Shown: in pieces, positions 36,144-55,489 of the stretch | Layout: every line of letters begins with the position of its first letter | Position numbering within the stretch: the stretch's first letter is position 1 | NCBI RefSeq assembly: GCF_009914755.1 | Contig: NC_060948.1 | Length of the DNA stretch: 64,000 nucleotides | From: the human T2T-CHM13v2.0 reference genome, Homo sapiens | Direction: 5' to 3' (one strand) | The notes under the pieces: model-generated | Told to the model about the DNA's origin: nothing | Seen by the model: only the letters and a program-made list of their open reading frames with translations | The model's database searches: none | Position numbers and translations under genes: made by a program

Positions 36144-38248
36144 AGATCCATATTTTTTAAATGAAAAAAAATTTCAAAGGTACTCTGCTTGGTACAATAA
36201 TCAAATGTATAAACTGAGGAATAAAACATAACCATGAAACCTACTTATAACTGCATATGGAAAATACAGAGGATAATTTTTTAAATAACATATTTTGAAA
36301 GCCTTAACTAGCAATTTGAAGAGTTGGCATTTGAAAGGCCAGTATGAATATACCTTCAAAGCAGCAACACAGGTTCCCCATGAGAAAAAGCAAACACAGG
36401 GAATATAAAAACACAAAGGTTCAATCTCTTCTGACCTTTGAAAGACACAGCACAGACAGTGGTCCTTAGGACGAAGAGCAGGAGACCCCTAATTCCGTCA
36501 CCATGGCGATAGGGCATAAACATTGCTGGGTGAGGGCACAATCCACATTGTGAGGTCCAACTGCTGCCAGGAAGACAGGAGTGCTTTTACATAGACCGAA
36601 AGGTCATTGAAGGCTCAGAGTTTTGTTTCAAGAACTGAATCCCAAGCCCACACGTTATTAGGCTGCGCTTCTTAAAACAAGTTATGAGATGGGAAAAAGG
36701 GCACCCACAAACATACGTATACATTATGTATATAATAATATACAGTGTCATATATATAATATATATAACCTATGTATAATATTGTTTTACATCCTGCATC
36801 TTATGTTATATATATTGTATAAAATATAATAATTGATAATATATAAGTTTTATAATTATACAATATGACATATAGTATATATTATAATTTATGACATATA
36901 TAATATATGTTATATATCATATATAGAATATATTATACGGTTAATATACGTATTAAATATAAATTATACATTATATATATTATATATAATATATCTGTTA
37001 TATATAATACCCATTATGCATAATATATATATTATGTCTATGTTATATATAGTATAAAACAACATATAATAATATATAATTGTATATATAAAATGCGACA
37101 TATAATATATATTATATTTTATAACATATGTAATATATATTATATATTATATATAATACGTTGTATGTATAATACCTATATTAAATATATATTATATGAC
37201 TATGTTATTAATTACATGTCACATGTGTTATATATTATATATTTTACATAGAATATACCGGTTACATACAATATATACTATGTTACCTATAATGTATAAT
37301 TTATTACATGTTAAATAAAGAATGCAACATATTATGTATAATTTATTATATATAATATGTGGAATGTGATATATATAACATATAATATATGATATATGAT
37401 ATACAGTATATGATATATAACATACAATATATGATTCCTAATATATATGATATACAATATATATTTTATGATATGTATTCTATATGTTTTATATTCTGTT
37501 ATATATAACTATTTGAAATTATATATAACTGTATAATATTTTATGTAAATATGTAATATAATATATATAACTATATAATATATTATATATAACTATATAT
37601 TATGTTATATATACTTTTATAACATAATTTACATAAAATATCATAATATAATATATATTATATTATTTCATATTACATAATATTTATTACATATCACCCA
37701 ATATAACTAACATACATAATATTATAATATAGATTATATTATGTTATATTAAATATCATATATATCATGTATCATATATTCTATAATATATATTACACAT
37801 TATATAATATGTATGTTGTCTATTATGTGATATATATAACTCTATATATAATTATATTTTTATACATATAACTAGATAAACATGTAATTCTACATATTTT
37901 CATTTATAATATGTAGAATTATATAATCATATATAATTATTTATATTCTATAAAAAATTTTATCATTCTATAAATTATAATATATAAAAATTATAATATG
38001 TACTACAAATATATATATTATATATCATATATGATATAGTACCTTTGTTATATATCATAATACATATAAATGTGTATTATGTTATCTATAATTATATAAT
38101 TTCATATATAAGATGTATAATATGTATCATATATTATATATGTTATGTAATATATATAGTATATATAAGATGACACAGGATAAATATTATATACTATGAC
38201 ATATAAAATATATGAGGTTATATGTTACATATAAGGCATAGCACATAA

Positions 38249-38563
<315 letters not shown>

Positions 38564-40659
38564 AGATCCATATTTTTTAAATGAAAAAAAATTTCAAAGG
38601 TACTCTGCTTGGTACAATAATCAAATGTATAAACTGAGGAATAAAACATAACCATGAAACCTACTTATAACTGCATATGGAAAATACAGAGGATAATTTT
38701 TTAAATAAAATATTTTGAAAGCCTTAACTAGTAATTTGAAGAGTTGGCATTTGAAAGGCCAGTATGAATATACCTTCAAAGCAGCAACACAGGTTGCCCA
38801 TGAGAAACAGCAAACTCAGGGAAAATAAAACCACAAAGGTTCAAGCTCTTCTGACCTTTGAAAGACACAGCACAGACAGTGGTCCTTAGGACGAAGAGCA
38901 GGAGACCCCTAATTCCGTCACCATGGCGATAGGGCATAAACATTGCTGGGTGAGGGCACAATCCACATTGTGAGGTCCAACTGCTGCCAGGAAGACAGGA
39001 GTGCTTTTACATAGACCGAAAGGTCATTGAAGGCTCAGAGTTTTGTTTCAAGAACTGAATCCCAAGCCCACACGTTATTAGGCTGCGCTTCTTAAAACAA
39101 GTTATGAGATGGGAAAAAGGGCACCCACAAACATACGTATACATTATGTATATAATAATATACAGTATCATATATATAATATATATAACCTATGTATAAT
39201 ATTGTTTTACATCCTGCATCTTATATTATATATATTGTCTAAAATATAATAATTGATAATATATAAGTTTTATATTTATACAATATGACATATAGTATAT
39301 ATTATAATTTATGGCATATATAATATATGTTATATATCATATATAGAATATATTATACGGTTAATATACGTATTAAATATAAATTATACATTATATATAT
39401 TATATATAATATATCTGTTATATATAATACCCATTATGCATAATATGTATATTATGTCTATGTTATATATAGTATAAAACAACATATAATAATACATAAT
39501 TGTATATATAAAATGCGACATATAATATATATTATATTTTATGACATATGTAATATATATTATATATTATATATAATACGTTGTATGTATAATACCTATA
39601 TTAAATATATATTATATGACTATGTTATTAATTACATGTCACATGTGTTATATATTATATATTTTACATAGAATATACCGGTTACATACAATATATACTA
39701 TGTTACCTATAATGTATAATTGATTACATGTAAAATAAAGAATGCAATATATTATGTATAATTTATAATATACAATATGTGGAATGTGATATATATAACA
39801 TAGAATATATGATACATGATATACAGTATATGATATATAACATACAATATATGATACCTAGTATATATGGTATACAATATATATTTTATGATATGTATTC
39901 TATATGTTTTATATTCTGTTATATATAACTATTTGAAATTATATATAACTGTATAATATTTTATGTAAATATGTAATATAATATATATAACTATATAATA
40001 TATTATATATAACTATATATTATGTTATATATACTTTTATATCATAATTTACATAAAATGTCATAATATAATATATATTATATTATTTCATATTACATAA
40101 TATATATTACATATCACCCAATATAAGTAACATACATAATATTATAATATAGATTATATTATGTTATGTTAAATATCATATATATCATGTATCATATATT
40201 CTATAGTATATATTATACATTATATAATATGTATGTTGTCTATTATGTGATATATATAACTATATATTATTATATTATTATAGATATAACTAGATAAACA
40301 TGTAATTCTACATATTTTCTTTTATAATATATAGAATTCTATAATCATATATAATTATTTATATTCTATAAAAAATTATATCATTATATAAATTATAATA
40401 TAAAAAAATTATAATATGTACTACAAATATATATATTATATATCATATATGATATAGTACCTTTGTTATATATCATAATACATATAAATGTGTATTATGT
40501 TATCTATAATTATATAATTTCATATATAAGATGTATAATATGTATTATATATTGTATATGTTATGTAACATATATAGTATATATAAGCTGACACAGGATA
40601 AATATTATATACTATGACATATAAAATATGTGAGGTTATATGTTACATGTAAGGCATAG

Positions 40660-40980
<321 letters not shown>

Positions 40981-43092
40981 AGATCCATATTTTTTAAATG
41001 AAAAAAAATTTCAAAGGTACTCTGCTTGGTACAATAATCAAATGTATAAAGTGAGGAATAAAACATAACCATGAAACCTACTTATAACTGCATATGGAAA
41101 ATACAGAGGATAATTTTTTAAATAACATATTTTGAAAGCCTTAACTAGTAATTTGAAGAGTTGGCATTTGAAAGGCCAGTATGAATATACCTTCAAAGCA
41201 GCAACACAGGTTCCCCATGAGAAACAGCAAACTCAGGGAAAATAAAACCACAAAGGTTCAATCTCTTCTAACCTTTGAAAGACACAGCACAGACAGTGGT
41301 CCTTAGGACGAAGAGCAGGAGACCCCTAATTCCGTCACCATGGCGATAGGGCATAAACATTGCTGGGTGAGGGCACAATCCACATTGTGAGGTCCAACTG
41401 CTGCCAGGAAGACAGGAGTGCTTTTACATAGACCGAAAGGTCATTGAAGGCTCAGAGTTTTGTTTCAAGAACTGAATCCCAAGCCCACACGTTATTAGGC
41501 TGCGCTTCTTAAAACAAGTTATGAGATGGGAAAAAGGGCACCCACAAACATACGTATACATTATGTATATAATAATATACAGTATCATATATATAATATA
41601 TATAACCTATGTATAATATTGTTTTACATCCTGCATCTTATATTATATATATTGTCTAAAATATAATAATTGATAATATATAAGTTTTATATTTATACAA
41701 TATGACATATAGTATATATTATAATTTATGACATATATAATATATGTTATATATCATATATAGAATATATTATACGGTTAATATACGTATTAAATATAAA
41801 TTATACATTATATATATTATATATAATATATCTGTTATATATAATACCCATTATGCATAATATGTATATTATGTCTATGTTATATATAGTATAAAATAAC
41901 ATATAATAATACATAATTGTATATATAAAATGCGACATATAATATATATTTTATTTTATGACATATGTAATATATATTATATATTATATATAATACGTTG
42001 TATGTATAATACCTATATTAAATATATATTATATGACTATGTTATTAATTACATGTCACATATGTTATATATTATATATTTTACATAGAATATACCGGTT
42101 ACATACAATATATACTATGTTACCTATAATGTATAATTGATTACATGTAAAATAAAGAATGCAATATATTATGTATAATTTATAATATACAATATGTGGA
42201 ATGTGATATATATAACATATAATATATGATATATGATATACAGTATATGATATATAACATACAATATATGATACCTAGTATATATGGTATACAATATATA
42301 TTTTATGATATGTATTCTATATGTTTTATATTCTGTTATATATAACTATTTGAAATTATATATAACTGTATAATATTTTATGTAAATATGTAATATAATA
42401 TATATAACTATATAATATATTATATATAAGTATATATTATGTTATATATACTTTTATAACATAATTTACATAAAATGTCATAATATAATATATATTATAT
42501 TATTCCACATTACATAATATATATTACATATCACCCAATATAAGTAACATAGATAATATTATAATATAGATTATATTATGTTATATTAAATATCATATAT
42601 ATCATGTATCATATATTCTATAATATATATTACACATTATATAATATGTATGTTGTCTATTATGTGATATATATAACTATATATATAATTATATTATTAT
42701 ACATATAACTAGATAAACATGTAATTCTACATATTTTCATTTATAATATATAGAATTATATAATCATATATAATTATTTATATTCTATAAAAAATTATAT
42801 CATTATATAAATTATAATATAAAAAAATTATAATGTGTACTACAAATATATATATTATATATCATATATGATATAGTACCATTGTTATATATCATAATAC
42901 ATATAAATGTGTATTATGTTATCTATAATTATATAATTTCATATATAAGATATATAATATGTATTATATATTGTATATGTTATGTAATATATATAGTATA
43001 TATAAGCTGACACAGGATAAATATTATATACTATGACATATAAAATATATGAGGTTATATGTTACATATAAGGCATAGCACATAACATGTAA

Positions 43093-43399
<307 letters not shown>

Positions 43400-45504
43400 A
43401 GATCCATATTTTTTAAATGAAAAAAAATTTCAAAGGTACTCTGCTTGGTACAATAATCAAATGTATAAACTGAGGAATAAAACATAACCATGAAACCTAC
43501 TTATAACTGCATATGGAAAATACAGAGGATAATTTTTTAAATAACATATTTTGAAAGCCTTAGCTAGTAATTTGAAGAGTTGGCATTTGTAAGGCCAGTA
43601 TGAATATACATTCAAAGCAGCAACACAGGTTCCCCATGAGAAAAAGCAAACTCAGGGGAAATAAAACCACAAAGGTTCAATCTCTTCTGACCTTTGAAAG
43701 ACACAGCACAGACAGTGGTCCTTAGGACGAAGAGCAGGAGACCCCTAATTCCGTCACCATGGCGATAGGGCATAAACATTGCTGGGTGAGGGCACAATCC
43801 ACATTGTGAGGTCCAACTGCTGCCAGGAAGACAGGAGTGCTTTTACATAGACCGAAAGGTCATTGAAGGCTCAGAGTTTTGTTTCAAGAACTGAATCCCA
43901 AGCCCACACGTTATTAGGCTGCGCTTCTTAAAACAAGTTATGAGATGGGAAAAAGGGCACCCACAAACATACGTATACATTATGTATATAATAATATACA
44001 GTATCATATATAAAATATGTATAACCAATGTATAATATTGTTTTACATCCTGCATCTTGTATTATATATATTGTATAAAATATAATAATTGATAATATAT
44101 AAGTTTTATATTTATACAATATGACATATAGTATATATTATACTTTATGACATATATAATATATGTTATATATCATATATAGAATATATTATACGGTTAA
44201 TATATGTATTAAATATAAATTATACATTATATATATTATATAAAATATATCTGTTATATATAATACCCATTATGCATAATATATATATTATGTCTATGTT
44301 ATATATAGTATAAAACAACATATAATAATATATAATTGTATATATAAAATGCGACATATAATATATATTATATTTTATGACATATGTAATATATATTATA
44401 TATTATATATAATACGTTGTATGTATAATACCTATATTAAATATATATTATATGACTATGTTATTAATTACATGTCACATATGTTATATATTATATATTT
44501 TACATAGAATATACCGGTTACATACAATATATACTATGTTACCTATAATGCATAATTGATTACATGTAAAATAAAGAATGCAATATATTATGTATAATTT
44601 ATAATATACAATATGTTGAATGTGATATATATAACATATAATATATGATATATGATATACAGTATATGATATATAACATACAATATATGATACCTAATAT
44701 ATATGGTATACAATATATATTTTAAGATATGTATTCTATATGTTTTATATTCTGTTATATATAACTATTTGAAATTATATATAACTGTATAATATTTTAT
44801 GTAAATATGTAATATAATATATATAACTATATAATATATTATATATAACTATATATTATGTTATATATACTTTTATAACATAATTTACATAAAATGTCAT
44901 AATATAATATATATTATATTATTTCACATTACATAATATATATTACATATCACCCAATATAAGTAACATACATAATATTATAATATAGATTATATTATGT
45001 TATATTAAATATCATATATATCATGTATCATATATTCTATAATATATATTACACATTATATAATATGTATGTTGTCTATTTTGTGATATATAAAACTATA
45101 TATATAATTATATTATTATACATATAACTAGATAAACATGTAATTCTACATATTTTCATTTGTAATATATAGAATTATATAATCATATATAATTATTTAT
45201 ATTCTATAAAAAATTATATCATTATATAAATTATAATATAAAAAAATTATAATATGTACTACAAATATACATATTATATATCATATATGATATAGTACCT
45301 TTGTTATATATCATAATACATATAAATGTGTATTATGTTATCTATAATTATATAATTTCATATATAAGATGTATAATATGTATTATATATTGTCTATGTT
45401 ATGTAATATATATAGTATATGTAAGCTGACACAGGATAAATATTATATACAATGACATATAAAATATATGAGGTTATATGTTACATATAAGGCATAGCAC
45501 ATAA

Positions 45505-45819
<315 letters not shown>

Positions 45820-47918
45820 AGATCCATATTTTTTAAATGAAAAAAAATTTCAAAGGTACTCTGCTTGGTACAATAATCAAATGCATAAACTGAGGAAAAA
45901 CCATAACCATGAAACCTACTTATAACTGCATATGGAAAATACAGAGGATAATTTTTTAAATAACATATTTTGAAAGCCTTAACTAGTAATTTGAAGAGTT
46001 GGCATTTGAAAGGCCAGTATGAATATACCTTCAAAGCAGCAACACAGGTTCCCCATGAGAAAAAGCAAACTCAGGGAAAATAAAACCACAAAGGTTCAAT
46101 CTCTTCTGACCTTTGAAAGACACAGCACAGACAGTGGTCCTTAGGACGAAGAGCAGGAGACCCCTAATTCCGTCACCATGGCGATAAGGCATAAACATTG
46201 CTGGGTGAGGGCACAATCCACATTGTGAGGTCCAACTGCTGCCAGGAAGTCAGGACTGCTTTTACATAGACCGAAAGGTCATTGAAGGCTCAGAGTTTTG
46301 TTTCAAGAACTGAATCCCAAGCCCACATGTTATTAGGCTGCGCTTCTTAAAACAAGTTATGAGATGGGAAAAAGGGCACCCACAAACATACGTATACATT
46401 ATGTATATAATAATATACAGTATCATATATATAATATATATAACCTATGTATAATATTGTTTTACATCCTGCATCTTATATTATATATATTGTATAAAAT
46501 ATAATAATTGATAATATATAAGTTTTATATTTATACAATATGACATATATTATATATTATAATTTATGACATATATAATATATGTTATATATCATATATA
46601 GAATATATTATACGGTTAATATACGTATTAAATATAAATTATACATTATATATATTATATATAATATATCTGTTATATATAATACCCATTATGCATAATA
46701 TATATATTATGTCTATGTTATATATAGTATAAAACAACATATAATAATATATAATTGTATATATAAAATGCGACATATAATACATATTTTATTTTATGAC
46801 ATATGTAATATATATTATATATTATATATAATACGTTGTATGTATAATACCTATATTAAATATATATTATATGACTATGTTATTAATTACATGTCACATA
46901 TGTTATATATTATATATTTTACATAGAATATACCGGTTACATACAATTTATACTATGTTACCTATAATGTATAATTGATTACATGTAAAATAAAGAATGC
47001 AATATATTATGTATAATTTATAATATACAATATGTGGAATGTGATATATATAACATATAATATATGATATATGATATACAGTATATGATATATAACATAC
47101 AATATATGATACCTAATATATATGGTATAAAATATATATTTTATGATATGTATTCTATATGTTTTATATTCTGTTATATATAACTATTTGAAATTATATA
47201 TAACTGTATATTTTATGTAAATATGTAATATAATATATATAACTATATAATATATTATATATAACTATATATTATGTTATATATACTTTTATAACATAAT
47301 TTACATAAAATGTCATAATATAATATATATTATATTATTTCACATTACATAATATATATTACATATCACCCAATATAAGTAACATACATAATATTATAAT
47401 ATAGATTATATTATGTTATATTAAATATCATATATATCATGTATCATATATTCTATAATATATATTACACATTATATAATATGTATGTTGTCTATTATGT
47501 GATATATATAACTATATATAATTATATTATTATACATATAACTAGATAAACATGTAATTCTACATATTTTCATTTATAATATATAGAATTATATAATCAT
47601 ATATAATTATTTATATTCTATAAAAAATTATATCTTTATATAATTTATAATATGAAAAAATTATAATATGTACTACAAATATATATATTATATATCATAT
47701 ATGATATAGTACCTTTGTTATATATCATAATACATATAAATGTGTATTATGTTATCTATAATTATATAATTTCATATATAAGATGTATAATATGTATTAT
47801 ATATTGTATATGTTATGTAATATATATAGTATATATAAGCTGACACAGGATAAATATTATATACTATGACATATAAAATATATGAGGTTATATGTTACAT
47901 ATAAGGCATAGCACATAA

Positions 47919-48233
<315 letters not shown>

Positions 48234-50338
48234 AGATCCATATTTTTTAAATGAAAAAAAATTTCAAAGGTACTCTGCTTGGTACAATAATCAAATGTAT
48301 AAACTGAGGAATAAAACATAACCATGAAACCTACTTATAACTGCATATGGAAAATACAGAGGATAATTTTTTAAATAACATATTTTGAAAGCCTTAACTA
48401 GTAATTTGAAGAGTTGGCATTTGAAAGGCCAGTATGAATATACCTTCAAAGCAGCAACACAGGTTCCCCATGAGAAACAGCAAACTCAGGGAAAATAAAA
48501 CCACAAAGGTTCAAGCTCTTCTGACCTTTGAAAGACACAGCACAGACAGTGGTCCTTAGGACGAAGAGCAGGAGACCCCTAATTCCGTCACCATGGCGAT
48601 AGGGCATAAACATTGCTGGGTGAGGGCACAATCCACATTGTGAGGTCCAACTGCTGCCAGGAAGACAGGAGTGCTTTTACATAGACCGAAAGGTCATTGA
48701 AGGCTCAGAGTTTTGTTTCAAGAACTGAATCCCAAGCCCACACGTTATTAGGCTGCGCTTCTTAAAACAAGTTATGAGATGGGAAAAAGGGCACCCACAA
48801 ACATACGTATACATTATGTATATAATAATATACAGTATCATATATATAATATATATAACCTATATATAATATTGTTTTACATCCTGCATCTTATATAATA
48901 TATATTGTCTAAAATATAATAATTGATAATATATAAGTTTTATATTTATACAATATGACATATAGTATATATTATAATTTATGTCATATATAATATATGT
49001 TATATATCATATATAGAATATATTATACGGTTAATATACGTATTAAATATAAATTATACATTATATATATTATATAAAATATATCTGTTATATATAATAC
49101 CCTTTATGCATAATATATATATTATGTCTATGTTATATATAGTATAAAACAACATATAATAATATATAATTGTATATATAAAATGCGACATATAATATAT
49201 ATTATATTTTATGACATATGTAATATATATTATATATTATATATAATACGTTGTATGTATAATACCTATATTAAATATATATTATATGACTATGTTATTA
49301 ATTACACGTCCCATATGTTATATATTATATATTTTACATAGAATATACCGGTTAAATACAATATATACTATGTTACCTATAATGTATAATTGATTACATG
49401 TAAAATAAAGAATGCAATATATTATGTATAATTTATAATATACAATATGTGGAATGTGATATATATAACATATAATATATGATATATGATATACAGTAGA
49501 TGATATATAACACACAATATATGATACCTAATATATATTGTATACAATATATATTTTATGATATGTATTCTATATGTTTTATATTCTGTTATATATAACT
49601 ATTTGAAATTATATATAACTGTATAATATTTTATGTAAATATGTAATATAATATATATAACTATATAATATATTATATATAACTATATATTATGTTATAT
49701 ATACTTTTATAACATAATTTACATTAAATATCATAATATAATATATATTATATTATTTCACATTACATAATATATATTACATATCACCCAATATAAGTAA
49801 CATACATAATATTATAATATAGATTATATTATGTTATATTAAATATCATATATATCATGTATCATATATTCTATAATATATATTACACATTATATAATAT
49901 GTATGTTGTCTATTATGTGATATATATAACTATATATATAATTATATTATTTTACATATAACTAGATAAACATGTAATTCTACATATTTTCATTTATAAT
50001 ATATAGAATTATATAATCATATATAATTATTTATATTCTATAAAAAATTATGTCATTATATAAATTATAATATATAAAAATTATAATATGTACTACAAAT
50101 ATATATATTATATATCATATATGATATAGTACCTTTGTTATATATCATAATACATATAAATGTGTATTATGTTATCTATAATTATATAATTTCATATATA
50201 AGATGTATAATATGTATCATATATTATATAAGTTATGTAATATATATAGTATATATAAGATGACACAGGATAAATATTATAAACTATGACATATAAAATA
50301 TATGAGGTTATATGTTACATATAAGGCATAGCACATAA

Positions 50339-50653
<315 letters not shown>

Positions 50654-52756
50654 AGATCCATATTTTTTAAACGAAAAAAAATTTCAAAGGTACTCTGCTT
50701 GGTACAATAATCAAATCTATAAACTGAGGAATAAAACATAACCATGAAACCTACTTATAACTGCATATGGAAAATACAGAGGATAATTTTTTAAGTAACA
50801 TATTTTGAAAGCCTTAACTAGTAATTTGAAGAGTTGGCATTTGAAAGGCCAGTATGAATATACCTTCAAAGCAGCAACACAGGTTCCCCATGAGAAAAAG
50901 CAAACTCAGGGAAAATAAAACCACAAAGGTTCAATCTCTTCTGACCTTTGAAAGACACAGCACAGACAGTGGTCCTTAGGACGAAGAGCAGGAGACCCCT
51001 AATTCCGTCACCATGGCGATAGGGCATAAACATTGCTGGGTGAGGGCACAATCCACATTGTGAGGTCCAACTGCTGCCAGGAAGACAGGAGTGCTTTTAC
51101 ATAGACCGAAAGGTCATTGAAGGCTCAGAGTTTTGTTTCAAGAACTGAATCCCAAGCCCACACGTTATTAGGCTGCGCTTCTTAAAACAAGTTATGAGAT
51201 GGGAAAAAGGGCACCCACAAACATACGTATACATTATGTATATAATAATATACAGTATCATATATATAATATATATAACCTATGTATAATATTGTTTTAC
51301 ATCCTGCATCTTATGTTATATATATTGTATAAAATATAATAATTGATAATATATAAGTTTTATATTTATACAATATGACATATAGTATATATTATAATTT
51401 ATGACATATATAATATATGTTATATATCATATATAGAATATATTATACGGTTAATATACGTATTAAATATAAATTATACATTATATATATTATATATAAT
51501 ATATCTGTTATATATAATACGCATTATGCATAATATATATTATGTCTATGTTATATATAGTATAAAACAACATATAATAATATATATTTGTATATATAAA
51601 ATGCGACATATAATATATATTATATTTTATAACATACGTAATATGTATTATATATTATATATAATACGTTGTATGTATAATACCTATATTAAATATATAT
51701 TATATGACTATGTTATTAATTACATGTCACATGTGTTATATATTATAAATTTTACATAGAATATACCGGTTACATACAATATATACTATGTTACCTATAA
51801 TGTATAATTTATTACATGTAAAATAAAGAATGCAATATATTATGTATAATTTATAATATACAATATGTGGAATATGATATATATAACATATGATATATGA
51901 TATATGATATACAGTATGTGATATATAACATACAATATATGATTCCTAATATATATGGTAAACAATATATATTTTATGATATATATTCTATATGTTTTAT
52001 ATTCTGTTATATGTAACTATTTGAAATTATATATAACTGTATAATATTTTATGTAAATATGTAATATAATATATATAACTATGTAATATATTATATATAA
52101 CTATATATTATGTTATATATACTTTTATAACATAATTTATATAAAATATCATAATATAATATATATTATATTATTTCATATTACATAATATATATTACAT
52201 ATCACCCAATATAAGTAAGATACATAATATTATAATATAGATTATATTATGTTATATTAAATATCATATATATCATGTATCATATATTCTATAATATATA
52301 TTATACATTATATAATATGTATGTTGTCTATTATGTGATATATATAACTATATATATAATTATATTATTATACATATAACTAGATAAACATGTAATTCTA
52401 CACATTTACATTTATAATATATAGAATTATATAATCATATATAATTATTTATATTCTATAAAAAATTATATCATTATATAAATTATAATATATAAAAATT
52501 ATAATATGTACTACAAATATATATATTATATATCATATATGATATAGTACCTTTGTTATATATCATAATACATATAAATGTGTATTATATTATCTATAAT
52601 TATATAATTTCATATATAAGTTGTATAATATGTATCATATATTATATATGTTATGTAATATATATAGTATATATAAGATGACACAGGATAAATATTATAT
52701 ACTATGACATATAAAATATATGAGGTTATATGTTTCATATAAGGCATAGCACATAA

Positions 52757-53071
<315 letters not shown>

Positions 53072-55197
53072 AGATCCATATTTTTTAAATGAAAAAAAAT
53101 TTCAAAGGTACTCTGCTTGGTACAATAATCAAATGTATAAACTGAGGAATAAAACATAACCATGAAACCTACTTATAACTGCATATGGAAAATACAGAGG
53201 ATAATTTTTTAAATAACATATTTTGAAAGCCTTAACTAGTAATTTGAAGAGTTGGCATTTGAAAGGCCAGTATGAATATAACTTCAAAGCAGCAACACAG
53301 GTTCCCCATGAGAAAAAGCAAACACAGGGAAAATAAAAACACAAAGGTTCAATCTCTTCTGACCTTTGAAAGACACAGCACAGACAGTGGTCCTTAGGAC
53401 GAAGAGCAGGAGACCCCTAATTCCGTCACCATGGCGATAGGGCATAAACATTGCTGGGTGAGGGCACAATCCACATTGTGAGGTCCAACTGCTGCCAGGA
53501 AGACAGGAGTGCTTTTACATAGACCGAAAGGTCATTGAAGGCTCAGAGTTTTGTTTCAAGAACTGAATCCCAAGCCCACACGTTATTAGGCTGCGCTTCT
53601 TAAAACAAGTTATGAGATGGGAAAAAGGGCACCTACAAACATACGTATACATTATGTATATAATAATATACAGTATCATATATATAATATATATAACCTA
53701 TGTATAATATTGTTTTACATCCTGTATCTTATGTTATATATATTGTATAAAATATAATAATTGATAGTATATATGTTTTATATTTATACAATATGACATA
53801 TAGTATATATTATAATTTATGACATATATAATATATGTTATATATCATATATAGAATATATTATACGGTTAATATACGTATTAAATATAAATTCTACATT
53901 ATATATATTATATATAATATATCTGTTATATATAATACCCATTATGCATAATATATATATTATGTCTATGTTATATATAGTATAAAACAACATATAATAA
54001 TATATAATTGTATATATAAAATGCGACATATAATATATATTATATTTTATAACATATGTAATATATATTATATATTATATATAATACGTTGTATGTATAA
54101 TACCTATATTAAATATATATTATACGACTATGTTATTAATTACATGTCACATGTGTTATATATTATATATTTTACATAGAATATACCGGTTACATACAGT
54201 ATATACTATGTTACCTATAATGTATAATTTAATACATGTAAAATAAAGAATGCAGTATATTATGTATAATTTATAATATACCATATGTGGAATGTGATAT
54301 ATATAACATATAATATATGATATATGATATACACTATATGATATATAACATACAATATATGATTCCTAATATATATGGTATACAATATATATTTTATGAT
54401 ACGTATTCTATATGTTTTATATTCTGTTATATATAACTATTTGAAATTATATATAACTGTATAATATTTTATGTAAATATGTAATATAATATATATAACT
54501 ATATAATATATTATATATAACTATATATTATGTTATATATACTTTTACAACATAATTTACATAAATTAGCATAATATAATATATATTATATTATTTCATA
54601 TTACATAATATATATTACATATCACCCAATATAACTAACATACATAATATTATAATATAGATTATATTGTGTTATATTAAATATCATATATATCATGTAT
54701 CATATATTCTATAATATATATTACACATTATATAAAATGTATGTTGTCTATTATGTGATATATATAACTATATATAATTATATTTTTATACATATAACTA
54801 GATAAACATGTAATTCTACATATTTTCATTTATAATATGTAGAATTATATAATCATATATAATTATTTATATTCTATAAAAAATTTTATCATTATATAAA
54901 TTATAATAAATAAAAATTATAATATGTACTACAAATATATATATTATATATCATATATGCTATAGTACCTTTGTTATATATCATAATACATATAAATGTG
55001 TATTATGTTATCTATAGTTATATAATTTCATATATAAGATGTATAATATGTATCATATATTCTATATGTTATGTAATATATATAGTATATATAAGATGAC
55101 ACAGGATAAATATTATATACTATGACATATAAAATATATCAGGTTATATGTTACATATAAGTCATAGCACATAACATGTAATATATATCATATATAA

Positions 55198-55489
55198 TTT
55201 TTTTTTAGACAGAATCTTGTCCTGTTGCACAGGGTGGGGTACAATGGCGCCATCTTTGCTCACTGCAACTTCTGCCTCACGGGTCCAAGCGATTGTCCTC
55301 CCTCAGCCTCCCAGGAAGCTGGGACTACACCACACTGGGACTACACCAGCTGCCACCATGCCTAGCTAATTTTTTGGATTTTTAGTAGTGACAGCGTTTC
55401 ACTGTATTGGCCAGGATGGTCTTGATCTCTTCACCTTGTGATCCCCTTGCCTTGGCCTCCAAATTTGCTGGGATTACAGGCCTGAGCCA
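55198..55489 (-). mobile_element. DYZ2 Alu copy 23
   Basis: Same antisense Alu. Confidence 0.9.
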